A stretch of DNA of 64,000 bases. Source: Candidatus Pyrohabitans jungbluthii. GTDB lineage: Archaea; Hydrothermarchaeota; Hydrothermarchaeia; Hydrothermarchaeales; BMS3B. The notes under the pieces were generated by a model, which was not told where the DNA came from, did no database searches, and was given only the letters and a program-made list of their open reading frames with translations. The position numbers were made by a program, and so were the translations under genes. The stretch is taken from NCBI GenBank assembly GCA_002010065.2, contig MTMD02000014.1, positions 4,534 through 68,533 of the forward strand. The letters are read 5' to 3'. This document shows, in pieces, positions 19,156 through 28,003 of this stretch. Within the stretch, counting starts at the first letter, position 1. Each line of letters starts with the position of its first letter.

Positions 19156-19950
19156 ATGAAGCAGAGCACAAAGCTCATCGTAGCACTCTTTGTTGTAGCG
19201 GTTGTTGCCGCTGGCTTTATTCCGCTTGAGAAGGAAGATATAAAAAAACCTGGGCCAAAGGAGAAGCTTGAAAAGGAGCTTCTAAAACACGGAGTGGTGC
19301 TGGAGGACTACTACACCACCACAGTGGCAGAGCTGGAGAAGGCGCTGGGTGTCAACATTTCAGTCAAGGGAAGCGAGAGGGTTGGCTTTGTGATGCTCCG
19401 CTCACCCCTCAAGGATGAGGCTTCTGTTTTTGAGCAAACCCTTGAAGCTGTTGTATCTGCCTTTCCCGAGGTGGAGGCGGTGGCGATGCTCCGCCTCGAC
19501 AGTGAACCTAAGAAGCTGGTGTACGCTCCGGTAGAGGTGCGGAGCTATGCGAATATGCAGAAGCTTCCGCTGGAGATGAGCAGGCTGCTCGACAGGGATT
19601 CGAGGGCACAGCTTATAGCCAAAGCCTTGGCTGAGAATGGCGTAAATGCACAGAAGGTTTACATACTCACCCCCGAGGAGGCTGCCAACCTCAACGCAAG
19701 CCTGAGCGATACGGGCGAGGTCGCCCTTCTCGCGCTGGTAATCCCGAGAGAGGAGTTTCCGGGCAAGCTGTTCGAAGCCTTCGGCATAGCCTTTGAGGTG
19801 GATAAGGAAATAAATACTGTGGTGGCGGGCAACCTGCTCGCGAAGAAGGCGAAGGCTATCACCTTCTACTACATTACGAGAGAGGAGTACGAGAAGAGAG
19901 AGGCTCTGAAGCTTGAGGAGCTTCCGACGATAGAGATACCGGTGGAATAG
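19156..19950 (+). CDS. Hypothetical N-terminally anchored protein
   Basis: MKQSTKLIVALFVVAVVAAGFIPL is a signal/anchor, followed by a soluble domain with no motif I recognise. The start is set at the internal ATG. Confidence 0.5.
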   Translation: MKQSTKLIVALFVVAVVAAGFIPLEKEDIKKPGPKEKLEKELLKHGVVLEDYYTTTVAELEKALGVNISVKGSERVGFVMLRSPLKDEASVFEQTLEAVVSAFPEVEAVAMLRLDSEPKKLVYAPVEVRSYANMQKLPLEMSRLLDRDSRAQLIAKALAENGVNAQKVYILTPEEAANLNASLSDTGEVALLALVIPREEFPGKLFEAFGIAFEVDKEINTVVAGNLLAKKAKAITFYYITREEYEKREALKLEELPTIEIPVE

Positions 19951-20153
19951 ATTGATTATTCCACCCATCAGTGATGATAAATATAGAGACTACAAAGAGA
20001 ACGAGAAAAAAAGGATTGGCCAACAGAAATGTCAGCCATATCCCCTCCACTATATCAAGTGGATATATAGCTTCATTGCATAAAAAAATTTCGAAATAAT
20101 ACTATAAATTTGGGACTTACTTACATTTAACTTTCACAGTGCCAAACATAAAA

Positions 20154-20161
20154 TTTTTATA
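20154..20161 (+). promoter_or_regulatory. Possible TATA box for the octahaem cytochrome gene
   Basis: tttttata lies in an AT-rich leader about 52 nt upstream of ATG 20213 and is preceded by purines (a BRE-like aaaa). Confidence 0.25.
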
Positions 20162-20212
20162 GAGACTTTGACTAACTAATAATGATAATCGTAGTTGTGC
20201 GAGGTGTTGGTT

Positions 20213-21793
20213 ATGGGGAAGATTGCAACTTTTTTACTTGGTGTCTTGCTTTTTGCCCTAGGCAGTGTGAGTGCCTTCGACCATAGTACGGTTATAGATA
20301 AGTATGAGGGTTCGAAAACCTGCATTGGCTGCCATGAAGATGAAGTAAAGGATGTTTTCAACTCCTTCCACTACCAGTGGGCGGGTGAGATCACTGACAT
20401 AGCTGGTAAAGGTAGCGTAGTACATGGAAAGAGGTATGCCTACAACGACTTCTGCGGTGCGGTCTTCTACAACGGAGAAGTTCCAATAAACTGGATAGGA
20501 AATGCAACTTTGAAAAAACCTCCTGAAGGTAAAGAAGAGTTAAAGGGGAAGGTTGTTGGTCAGGGATGTTCAACATGTCATATAGGCCTAGGCCTTGTTC
20601 CAAGTAAGGAACCAACTCAAGAACAGCTTGAAAATATAGACTGCTTCATATGCCACGTCCCCGGTTATGATAAAAAGAGCAGAATCCTTGTAAAGGAAGG
20701 AGATAAGTTTAAGAGGATACCAAATCCCAACCTAGACTACAAGGAGCTTGCCAAGAAGATTCAGAAAAAACCGGCTAAGGAGAACTGCCTAACATGTCAT
20801 GCCTTCTCTGGAGGCGGTCCAGGATTTAAGAGACCAAATTTAGAGCCAGCTTTAATCGGCAATGTGTCTGAAAGCATAGATGTTCACATGGCTAGAGGAT
20901 TGAACTGCGTGGATTGCCATCCAGTAAAGGAGCATAAATTTGGTGTAAAGGCTATGGACACATGGGTAAGGGAGCTAGAGGAGAGACCAAGCTGTGAAAA
21001 CTGTCATACAGATGCTCCGCATGGAAACGATATATTGAACAAGCATACAAAAACAGTTGCCTGTCAGACATGCCATATACCAAAGTTTGCCAAGAAGTTT
21101 AAGATAGATGTAAAGAGGGACTGGAGCGGCAAGGCTGAGTTCAACGAAAAGCTTGGTAGATGGGAGCCTGAAATTGAGCTTGGAGGCAATGTAACGCCTG
21201 TATATTCATGGTGGAACAGCAAGGATAGGGAAGCCTATCTGTATCCTGAGCCTTTAAAGCTTGAAAACGGTAAGTTCTACTTCTTCAAACCAGTTGGTTC
21301 TATAGATGACCCAGGATCAAAGATATACCCATTCAAGTACCATGAAACAGTTGTTCCAATAGACAAGGAAAAAAACATACCAGTACCTGTTAAGGTGGGA
21401 GTTGTTTTTGCAACAGGAAACACTACCCTTGGTATAATGAAGGCAGCACAACAAAGTGGGCTTAAGTTTACAGGAGACTTTGTAACAGAAGTGAGATATA
21501 TGGCTATAAATCATGGAGTGGAGCCTAAGGAAAACGCACTACAGTGCAACGATTGCCATGGCGGCAACAGACTTGACTGGACAGCCCTAGGATATAAGGG
21601 AGATCCAATGCAGGTTGGTGGAAGATTCAAGGCTGAAGAAGTGCCAAAGGAAGTTGAAAAACCCAAAGACGTGGAAAAGCCCGAGGAAGAAGTTCCACCA
21701 GAGAAAAAGGGAATCTGTGGACCAAGCATGCTTATAGGGATTGCACTTATTCCGCTAGCGATCTATGCATCTATTAGAAGATCTCCCAAATAA
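20213..21793 (+). CDS. Octahaem c-type cytochrome (possibly tetrathionate-reductase/Otr-like family) with signal peptide, acidic Pro/Glu/Lys stalk and CGP-type C-terminal anchor
   Basis: Eight CXXCH motifs are present (CIGCH, CSTCH, CFICH, CLTCH, CVDCH, CENCH, CQTCH, CNDCH). The signal peptide is MGKIATFLLGVLLFALGSVSA. The stalk is EEVPKEVEKPKDVEKPEEEVPPEKK and the tail is GICGPSMLIGIALIPLAIYASIRRSPK. The family assignment beyond octahaem is tentative. Confidence 0.8.
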   Translation: MGKIATFLLGVLLFALGSVSAFDHSTVIDKYEGSKTCIGCHEDEVKDVFNSFHYQWAGEITDIAGKGSVVHGKRYAYNDFCGAVFYNGEVPINWIGNATLKKPPEGKEELKGKVVGQGCSTCHIGLGLVPSKEPTQEQLENIDCFICHVPGYDKKSRILVKEGDKFKRIPNPNLDYKELAKKIQKKPAKENCLTCHAFSGGGPGFKRPNLEPALIGNVSESIDVHMARGLNCVDCHPVKEHKFGVKAMDTWVRELEERPSCENCHTDAPHGNDILNKHTKTVACQTCHIPKFAKKFKIDVKRDWSGKAEFNEKLGRWEPEIELGGNVTPVYSWWNSKDREAYLYPEPLKLENGKFYFFKPVGSIDDPGSKIYPFKYHETVVPIDKEKNIPVPVKVGVVFATGNTTLGIMKAAQQSGLKFTGDFVTEVRYMAINHGVEPKENALQCNDCHGGNRLDWTALGYKGDPMQVGGRFKAEEVPKEVEKPKDVEKPEEEVPPEKKGICGPSMLIGIALIPLAIYASIRRSPK

Positions 21794-22041
21794 TTTTTGA
21801 TTTTTTAATTTCTGTTTTATTTTGATCAAAACATATATCTGAAGTTTCTATAAGCGGCGTTGAAATTCCTCACAAACATGAGTGTTGACATTCTTGAGTA
21901 ATAAGGGAGTTGGGGATGTGGTAGTTCTTTAACAAGTTTCAGGAAAAACTTGAAGAAAGAAGATCCAAAAAAGTGGTGGAAGAGAGCAGCCCAACTCGCT
22001 ATCTTATTCGTTATGTCATTTGAGATCCATATTGAGCAAAA

Positions 22042-23343
22042 TCACCTAAGCACAAGACTCTTAAGCCTCTCGCATATTACCCCCATAACGGTGCAGGTTT
22101 CCAGGGGTATGCCGTGGCCAGTGAGTTCAACATGCTTTTCAGCCATTTTCAGAAACCTCTTAGGCAAGCCCTTCCTTCCCAGCCCCATGACTAGGCACGC
22201 TCTGCTCCCTTGCTCAACAATCTTTTCGATATCCACCTTTTTCTTTTCACCAGGCTTTGAGGTCGTGGCGATAAGCTCACCCACTTCAGGAAGGATGTTG
22301 TTATCTGGGTAGGGGAGGACAATGAGGCGGCCCTCCTCCTTTAGAAGTTTGAGATAGGCCCCTCCTTTACCTATATTTGTTTCGGCAGATACCCTATCAA
22401 CAGCCTCCTCTTCATTTTCAAAGGGAAATCCGAAGAGCACAAGCTTCATGCCGTACGCATAGCACAGCGGCGCAGCCCTGGCAACTGTTCTAGTGTGCAC
22501 CGCATGCAGAGAGCCATGGTAGGTATTGTAGAGTCCCAGGGAGAACCTCTCCATGCCCTTAAGCTCAGGCGCCCTCGGCACAGCCTCCTGCGCTGGGCGC
22601 GTTTCCGCTACTCTCGCTTTGATGCGCTCTCTTCTCGGTCTAACATTGGCTGCGCCTTTTTCTGGGGGCAATTCCACTCCCAGCTCCTTTAAAGTCTCAT
22701 CCACGTCGCTTTTATCCGCCGGCTTAAGTTCCAGACCGCGCAGGTAAAGAAGGATTTTAGCGGCATCTTCGGTGCGCGCTATGCGGGATATTACCTCCCT
22801 AACACCCATGCCGTGCTCAATCCCAAGCTTCGAAGCAATTTTAAGTGCCTTTATTCTCCTATTCCCCTCCAGCTTTTTAATCTTCTCAAAGGCTTCGTCT
22901 CCCTTTTCAGCTGAGAAGTGGGCTTTTATAGTCTGCTTCATTGGGGCATAGTAGTGCCTTGGGCTTTCAATTTCTGCAACAAGGTCAAAAAGCCTGCCCA
23001 GGTTTTTTTCACCTGCCCTCCTCATCCTCTTTGCAATCACCTCCAGAATCTCTGCCCTCCTCCATTCCTGGGGAACTTCGCCAGCCTTCTTCAGGGCAAG
23101 GCGGAAGTACTTTCTATATTCTTTCTTACCTTCCAGGGTGCCCCTTGCTGCGATGTAGCTTATAACCTCGGCGCTGTAGTAGCTGTCTGGGATTTTTATC
23201 GCTGCATCCAGAACAGGATTCAGGTTATCGACTTTTCCGAAGGATTCCCTGAATATCCTCTTTAGACCACGGCTATATGATGGAATGTGGCTTGCTTTAA
23301 GCCTTTTAATCTTCCTCTTAAGTTTATTCTTTGAATCTGCCAT
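22042..23343 (-). CDS. Hypothetical two-domain protein (helical-repeat N-terminus; C-terminal domain resembling the archaeal DUF531 family, possibly a SPOUT-like fold)
   Basis: The C-terminal block LGLYNTYHGSLHAVHTRTVARAAPLCYAYGMKLVLFGFPF...LVMGLGRKGLP...HVELTG is reminiscent of DUF531 proteins. No catalytic assignment is possible by eye. Confidence 0.4.
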   Translation of the reverse strand: MADSKNKLKRKIKRLKASHIPSYSRGLKRIFRESFGKVDNLNPVLDAAIKIPDSYYSAEVISYIAARGTLEGKKEYRKYFRLALKKAGEVPQEWRRAEILEVIAKRMRRAGEKNLGRLFDLVAEIESPRHYYAPMKQTIKAHFSAEKGDEAFEKIKKLEGNRRIKALKIASKLGIEHGMGVREVISRIARTEDAAKILLYLRGLELKPADKSDVDETLKELGVELPPEKGAANVRPRRERIKARVAETRPAQEAVPRAPELKGMERFSLGLYNTYHGSLHAVHTRTVARAAPLCYAYGMKLVLFGFPFENEEEAVDRVSAETNIGKGGAYLKLLKEEGRLIVLPYPDNNILPEVGELIATTSKPGEKKKVDIEKIVEQGSRACLVMGLGRKGLPKRFLKMAEKHVELTGHGIPLETCTVMGVICERLKSLVLR

Positions 23344-23565
23344 GATTACACGTTTTCAATTTTAAATAAATGTCTCTGTTCCAAGAGCTGCAAGCTTATT
23401 AATACATTCTGAGCCTCTGTTATACCCATGATTTCACAAAAGCTTTTTAGTTCGATTGCCGTAGTTGACCACCTCTCCTTTCTGAAGATTCATGCCTTTA
23501 ACGATAAAAAATGGCATAAAAATTAATAGTCTATCCCCTGAAGTGAATGGAGGTTTAAATAAAAG

Positions 23566-24252
23566 ATGCTCCACGTGGTCATAGCCGAGGCAGAGGTTGA
23601 GCTTGTACCCGCGAAGATAGCCAGGCACCCTGTGATAAAGAAGGAAGCTGCGCGAAGGCGGAAGAAACCTGAGGCGATGCTTCTCGACTCCTCGGTGCAC
23701 CACGCAGCGATGCGCAGCCTCACCGATGGCAAAAGGCGGGGGCGACCGGACATAGCTCACTACACTCTGCTTGCTCTGCTTGAATCGCCCCTCAACAAGC
23801 AGGGCATGCTGAGATGCTACCTGCACACCCGTAACGACGAGGTGATCTTCATAAACCCGGAGACCCGCCTCCCTCGCGCCTGTCAGCGCTTCCGCGGGCT
23901 GATGGAGAAGCTTTTTGCAGAGGGTAAGATAACCTCCGGCGAGGTTATGCTGCTGGAGATGAAGCGCATGGGCATAGCTCAGCTTGTGCGCAACATTGGC
24001 TCAGAGCACGTGGTGCTTCTCAGCGAAGACGGACGCGAAGCCGAGCCCTGGGAGCTTGCTGCTAAGCTCGTGAGCAAACGCAACCCCTGCGTTATAATAG
24101 GCGGCTTTCCCAGTGGTGGCTTTAGGGGCGACTACAGCTTCGCCCACGAGCGCATATCAATATTCCCCTCCCCCTTAGCGGCGTGGAGCGTTGCCGCCGA
24201 GGTTGTGAGCAGCTACAGAAGGTGTATTGCAGATGCGAAAACGCAACCTTAA
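23566..24252 (+). CDS. nep1: Ribosomal RNA small-subunit methyltransferase Nep1 (EMG1 family, SPOUT)
   Basis: LLDSSVHHAAM, RGRPDIAHYTLLALLESPLNK and YLHTRNDEVIFINPETRLPR are conserved Nep1 blocks. Confidence 0.85.
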   Translation: MLHVVIAEAEVELVPAKIARHPVIKKEAARRRKKPEAMLLDSSVHHAAMRSLTDGKRRGRPDIAHYTLLALLESPLNKQGMLRCYLHTRNDEVIFINPETRLPRACQRFRGLMEKLFAEGKITSGEVMLLEMKRMGIAQLVRNIGSEHVVLLSEDGREAEPWELAAKLVSKRNPCVIIGGFPSGGFRGDYSFAHERISIFPSPLAAWSVAAEVVSSYRRCIADAKTQP

Positions 24253-24589
24253 GCTGGAGCGTCGCATAGCGAGAGAGCGTATAGAGATACTCATGCAGCT
24301 TGCGAGAGAGGTCTTTCGCAACGACCCAGCGCTGGCGAAGCGCTATGTGGAGCTTGCAAGAAAGATTGCAATGCGTTACAACGTTAGGTTTCCCAGGAAG
24401 TGGAAGAGATTCTTCTGCAAAGCTTGCGGGAGTTTTCTTGTGCCAGGCGTAAACATGCGGGTGCGCTGCACAAAGCAGCGTGTCGTCATCACCTGTCTGG
24501 AATGTGGGCATGTGAAGCGCATACCCTACATAAGGGAAAAGAAGGCGATGAAAAATGAAGCTAAGCTCAAAGGAGAGGAAAAAGTTTAA
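24227..24589 (+). CDS. rnp4: RNase P protein component 4 (Rpp21)
   Basis: IARERIEILMQLA...RYVELARKIAMRYNVRFP...FCKACGSFLVPGVN...ITCLECGH shows the helical arm plus the zinc ribbon of Rpp21. Confidence 0.85.
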   Translation: MQMRKRNLKLERRIARERIEILMQLAREVFRNDPALAKRYVELARKIAMRYNVRFPRKWKRFFCKACGSFLVPGVNMRVRCTKQRVVITCLECGHVKRIPYIREKKAMKNEAKLKGEEKV

Positions 24590-24845
24590 AAGGGAGTTGC
24601 ACCATAGCAGGGCAAGCGTAATAATTGGCAAGGGTGGAGCAGCCTCGGCTATGGCTGAGGTTGATCGCCAGCTTGAGGATAAGGAGCTAATAAAGGTAAA
24701 GGTGCTTAAGAGCGCCGCCGCTGAGAAAAGCACAGCCGAGATTGCAAAAGAGATTGCAGATGCTACTAACGCCGAGGTAGTTGAGGTTATAGGCAAAACC
24801 TTCGGCTTATTCAGACCAAGAAGGAAAAAACGCAAGGAGGTTTAG
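24555..24845 (+). CDS. YhbY/CRM-domain RNA-binding protein
   Basis: LSSKERKKFKRELHHSRASVIIGKGG...ELIKVKVL...EVVEVIGKTFGLFR matches the CRS1/YhbY fold pattern. Confidence 0.7.
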   Translation: MKLSSKERKKFKRELHHSRASVIIGKGGAASAMAEVDRQLEDKELIKVKVLKSAAAEKSTAEIAKEIADATNAEVVEVIGKTFGLFRPRRKKRKEV

Positions 24846-24846
24846 C

Positions 24847-25287
24847 ATGGCAACAGTTTATGATGTTCCAGCTTCTGAGCTTATCCGCGAACTGTCAGCG
24901 GAACTGAAGAAAATTAAGACAATAAAGCCTCCTGAATGGGCCGCCTTCGTGAAGACGGGCGCAAATCGGGAGCGCGCTCCAACGCAGAAGGACTGGTGGT
25001 ATACCCGCGCGGCGTCGGTGCTGAGAAAGATTCATATTCATGGTCCTGTAGGCATTCAAACCCTGCGCCGCTGGTATGGTGGAAGGAAGAACTGCGGCTG
25101 TGCTCCAGACGCCGTGCGAAGGGGAAGTGGCTCTGTAATTAGGAATATTCTGAAGCAGCTTGAGGCCGCTGGTCTGGTTGAGAAGACTGAGCAGGGGCGC
25201 AAAACCACACCAAAGGCGATGAGCCTTCTCGATAAGACGGCAGCGAAAATAATCCGCCGCAGACCAGAGCTTCAGAGGTACAGGTGA
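24847..25287 (+). CDS. rps19e: 30S ribosomal protein S19e
   Basis: VYDVPASELIRELSAELKK, PEWAAFVKTG, WWYTRAASVLRKI and GSGSVIRNILKQLE are S19e blocks. Confidence 0.95.
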   Translation: MATVYDVPASELIRELSAELKKIKTIKPPEWAAFVKTGANRERAPTQKDWWYTRAASVLRKIHIHGPVGIQTLRRWYGGRKNCGCAPDAVRRGSGSVIRNILKQLEAAGLVEKTEQGRKTTPKAMSLLDKTAAKIIRRRPELQRYR

Positions 25288-25291
25288 TTTT

Positions 25292-25615
25292 ATGGACGAC
25301 CTGGAGGAGCTGAAGCGCAGGAAGCTTCTTGAACTTCAGCGTCAGCTTCAGGAAGAAGCACTGCGCCAGGAACAGCTCCGCCAGGTTGAGGAGCAGAAGC
25401 GCATTGTGCTCAAGAGCATACTCACGCCTGAGGCGAGGAGCAGGCTGAGCAACATAAAGATGGCACGCCCTGAGTTCGCTGCCCAGATTGAAGCCTTGCT
25501 GATTCAGCTCGCCCAAGCGGGGCAGGTGAAGCAGCGCATCACCGATGAGCAGCTGAAGGAAATCCTCCGACGCCTGAGCGCCAAAAAGCGGGATATAAAG
25601 ATAAGAAGGATCTGA
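25292..25615 (+). CDS. PDCD5/TFAR19-like dsDNA-binding protein
   Basis: LEELKRRKLLELQRQLQEE...ILTPEARSRLSNIKMARPEFAAQIEALLIQLAQAG is the conserved archaeal PDCD5 homologue pattern. The gene sits in the usual position after S19e. Confidence 0.8.
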   Translation: MDDLEELKRRKLLELQRQLQEEALRQEQLRQVEEQKRIVLKSILTPEARSRLSNIKMARPEFAAQIEALLIQLAQAGQVKQRITDEQLKEILRRLSAKKRDIKIRRI

Positions 25616-26214
25616 TGAAAGTTAGCCTGCTTTACAGCGGGGGCAAGGATAGCTCCCTCGCAGCTTGGATGCTCAGAAGGCTTGGCTACGAGGTTAAGCT
25701 GGTAACGGTGAGCTTTGGTTACGCTGATTTCGCCCACTACGCAAGGGAGAGCGCCCTTGCTTTGGGCTTTGAGCATGAGATAAAAAAGCTGAGCCAAGAG
25801 GTGCTAAGCCAAGCGTGCGAGCTCATCGCTGGCGATGGCTTTCCCAGGCGGGGGCTGCACCAGCTCCACATCGCCGCGCTTGAAGCACTGGCAAAAGAGA
25901 GCGAAGCCATCGCAGACGGTACGCGCAGAGATGACCGCGTGCCAATGCCGACTCTGAGTGAGGTGCAGAGCATTGAGCAGCGCTATCGCGTTGCCTATAT
26001 TGCGCCGCTGCGCGGATTTGGTGCGGCGAGCATAAAAAATTTAACCTCTCGCATATTCAATATTGAATATGCACCCAGCGAAGCTTCGAAAAGCGCCGAT
26101 TATGAGAAAGAGGTTAGAGCGTACCTCAAAGACAAGGGTTATGACGTTAACAAAATATTCCCCTCGCATGTGCAGAGCAGGGTGATAGGTTATAAGGGTG
26201 AGAACGATGAGTAA
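25615..26214 (+). CDS. PP-loop ATP pyrophosphatase family protein (DUF71/MJ0570-like, diphthine-ammonia-ligase-type N-domain)
   Basis: The PP-loop [18 protein letters not shown] is at the N-terminus. The size (199 aa) and neighbourhood are typical of the archaeal DUF71 family. Confidence 0.55.
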   Translation: MKVSLLYSGGKDSSLAAWMLRRLGYEVKLVTVSFGYADFAHYARESALALGFEHEIKKLSQEVLSQACELIAGDGFPRRGLHQLHIAALEALAKESEAIADGTRRDDRVPMPTLSEVQSIEQRYRVAYIAPLRGFGAASIKNLTSRIFNIEYAPSEASKSADYEKEVRAYLKDKGYDVNKIFPSHVQSRVIGYKGENDE

Positions 26215-26359
26215 AGTTTCACTGGCGAAAAAGCTGAGGCTGGCTAAAGCGATGAAGCAGAACCGCCCTGTCCCCGTGTGGGTTGTGGCGAAGACCATGG
26301 GCAGAGTGCGCACCCATCCCAAGCGCAGAAACTGGAGGAGAAGTAAGCTGAAGGTGTAG
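26207..26359 (+). CDS. rpl39e: 50S ribosomal protein L39e
   Basis: It is not in the ORF track because it is shorter than 60 aa. Hand translation gives [50 protein letters not shown]. It overlaps the upstream gene by 8 nt. Confidence 0.9.
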   Translation: MSKVSLAKKLRLAKAMKQNRPVPVWVVAKTMGRVRTHPKRRNWRRSKLKV

Positions 26360-26368
26360 GTGTTGAAA

Positions 26369-26617
26369 ATGGAGAGAGTGTACACTGTGCGATTCCACAA
26401 AATAAAACGCACGCCGCGAACAAAGCGCACAGTTAAGGCGGTGCGCTACCTTCGCAAATTTATCGGAAAGCACATGAAGAGCGAGCGCGTGCTCATAGCA
26501 GAGGAACTCAATGAGAAGCTCTGGAAGCGGGGAATCCAGAAGCCCCCTGCGAAGCTCAGAGTTAAGGCAGAGAAGCAGGACGATGGTAGCGTGGTTGTAA
26601 CCCTCGCGGAGTCGTAG
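26369..26617 (+). CDS. rpl31e: 50S ribosomal protein L31e
   Basis: MERVYTVRFHKIKRTPRTKRTVKAVRYLRKFIGKHM is the L31e N-terminus. ATG 26369 is preferred over the GTG at 26360 used in the track. Confidence 0.9.
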   Translation: MERVYTVRFHKIKRTPRTKRTVKAVRYLRKFIGKHMKSERVLIAEELNEKLWKRGIQKPPAKLRVKAEKQDDGSVVVTLAES

Positions 26618-26619
26618 CA

Positions 26620-27285
26620 ATGCTCCTCCGCGTAGACTACAACAGCAATCCGAACATTGGAATACTGGCTGCAGCTAACGATAGCGTGGCGATTGTGCCG
26701 AGAGACGCCCCTGAGAGCTTCGCCGAAGCAGCGAGAAAGGCGCTGGAGGTAGAGGTTATTCGAACCAACCTGTGCAGAACCTCACTGATTGGCGCGATGC
26801 TTGCGATAAACAACCACGGCGCTGTGGTGAGCGACCACGTGGAGCGGAGTGAGGTTGAAGCATTAAAAAGCGCAGGTTTAAGCGTGGCGGTTGTGAGCGA
26901 GAAGCACAACGCCCTGGGCAATTTAATACTCGCCAGCGATGAGGGTGCGCTTGTGTTCAAAGGGCTGAGGAAAAGCACTAAGCGGGCGGTTGAAGAGATC
27001 ATGGAGTGCGAGGTTACAGAGGTTACTTCCCTTGGCAGGTTCCGCACCATCGGTAGCATTGGTGTTGCCACCAGTAAGGGAGTGCTGCTACACCCCTCGC
27101 TGGGTGAGGCGGAGCTTGAGCTCGTGGAGGAGGCGCTAGGTGTTAAAGCAGAGATAGGTACTGTGAACATGGGTGTTGGCTTTGTTAAAACGGGTATTGT
27201 GGTGAATACAAAGGGCGCTCTGCTGGGAAGCGCCACCACAGGTCCTGAAATAATGCGGATTCAGGAGACTTTTGACCTGCTGTGA
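26620..27285 (+). CDS. eif6: Translation initiation factor 6 (aIF6)
   Basis: The pentein repeat pattern NSNPNIGILAAANDSVAIVP ... IGAMLAINNHGAVV ... LGNLILASDEGALV ... IGSIGVATSKGVLL ... VKTGIVVNTKGALL is visible. Confidence 0.9.
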   Translation: MLLRVDYNSNPNIGILAAANDSVAIVPRDAPESFAEAARKALEVEVIRTNLCRTSLIGAMLAINNHGAVVSDHVERSEVEALKSAGLSVAVVSEKHNALGNLILASDEGALVFKGLRKSTKRAVEEIMECEVTEVTSLGRFRTIGSIGVATSKGVLLHPSLGEAELELVEEALGVKAEIGTVNMGVGFVKTGIVVNTKGALLGSATTGPEIMRIQETFDLL

Positions 27286-27294
27286 GGTGATAGC

Positions 27295-27537
27295 ATGGAG
27301 GTTAAGACTTTCAGAATAAAGGGCAAGTTCCTAATGGGCAAGAGTATGCAGCCCTTCGTGTGGGAGTGCCGTGCCGTGGACGTGACCAAAGCGTATGAGA
27401 AGGTTTACTCCGAGTTTGGGAGCAAGCACCGCACAAAGCGCCGGAATATAATAATTGAGGAAGTTGAGGAGATTTCGCCTGAGCAGGCGGAGGATCCAAT
27501 GATCAGGATTTTTGCTGGAGTAGAGGAGCATGGCTGA
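27295..27537 (+). CDS. rplX: 50S ribosomal protein LX (L18Ae/L20A family)
   Basis: MEVKTFRIKGKF...AYEKVYSEFGSKHRTKRRNIIIEEVEEI. Its position between aIF6 and prefoldin alpha is conserved in Euryarchaeota. Confidence 0.8.
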   Translation: MEVKTFRIKGKFLMGKSMQPFVWECRAVDVTKAYEKVYSEFGSKHRTKRRNIIIEEVEEISPEQAEDPMIRIFAGVEEHG

Positions 27538-28003
27538 GGAAAAGCGCATACCCGTTGAGAAGGTTCTCGCAGACTATGAGATGCTGCGCACTCAGGCAGA
27601 AGCGTTGGGGCAGAACCTGGAGCTTGTAAATCAGCACATCTCCGAGTTCAAGCGCACCTTGGAGAGTCTGTCTGAGATTGAGAAGCTGGGCGAGGGGAAT
27701 GAGATTCTCGTGCCCGTTGGAGTGGGCTCCTTTGTTAAGGCGGAGATTAAGGATACGAGCAGTGTTATTTTGAGCTTGGGCGCAGATGTGGCAGCGCGCA
27801 AGAGCATCAGCGATGCGAAGGCCGACCTTGAGGCGCGGGTGAAGGAGCTTGAGAAGGTGCGAGAGGAGCACAGCTCCCGTTTGGCGGAGGTTATGAAGAA
27901 CCTCGAGGCTATTGCGCCGATGGTGGAGCAGATCATATCGGCGATGCAGCAGGCACAGCTCCAGAGGGGCGGAGCAGAGGATGTTCGCAAGCCTCAGGGC
28001 TAA
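27530..28003 (+). CDS. pfdA: Prefoldin alpha subunit
   Basis: Two coiled-coil arms flank the beta-hairpin block ILVPVGVGSFVKAEIKDTSSVILSLGADVAARKS. Confidence 0.85.
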   Translation: MAEEKRIPVEKVLADYEMLRTQAEALGQNLELVNQHISEFKRTLESLSEIEKLGEGNEILVPVGVGSFVKAEIKDTSSVILSLGADVAARKSISDAKADLEARVKELEKVREEHSSRLAEVMKNLEAIAPMVEQIISAMQQAQLQRGGAEDVRKPQG

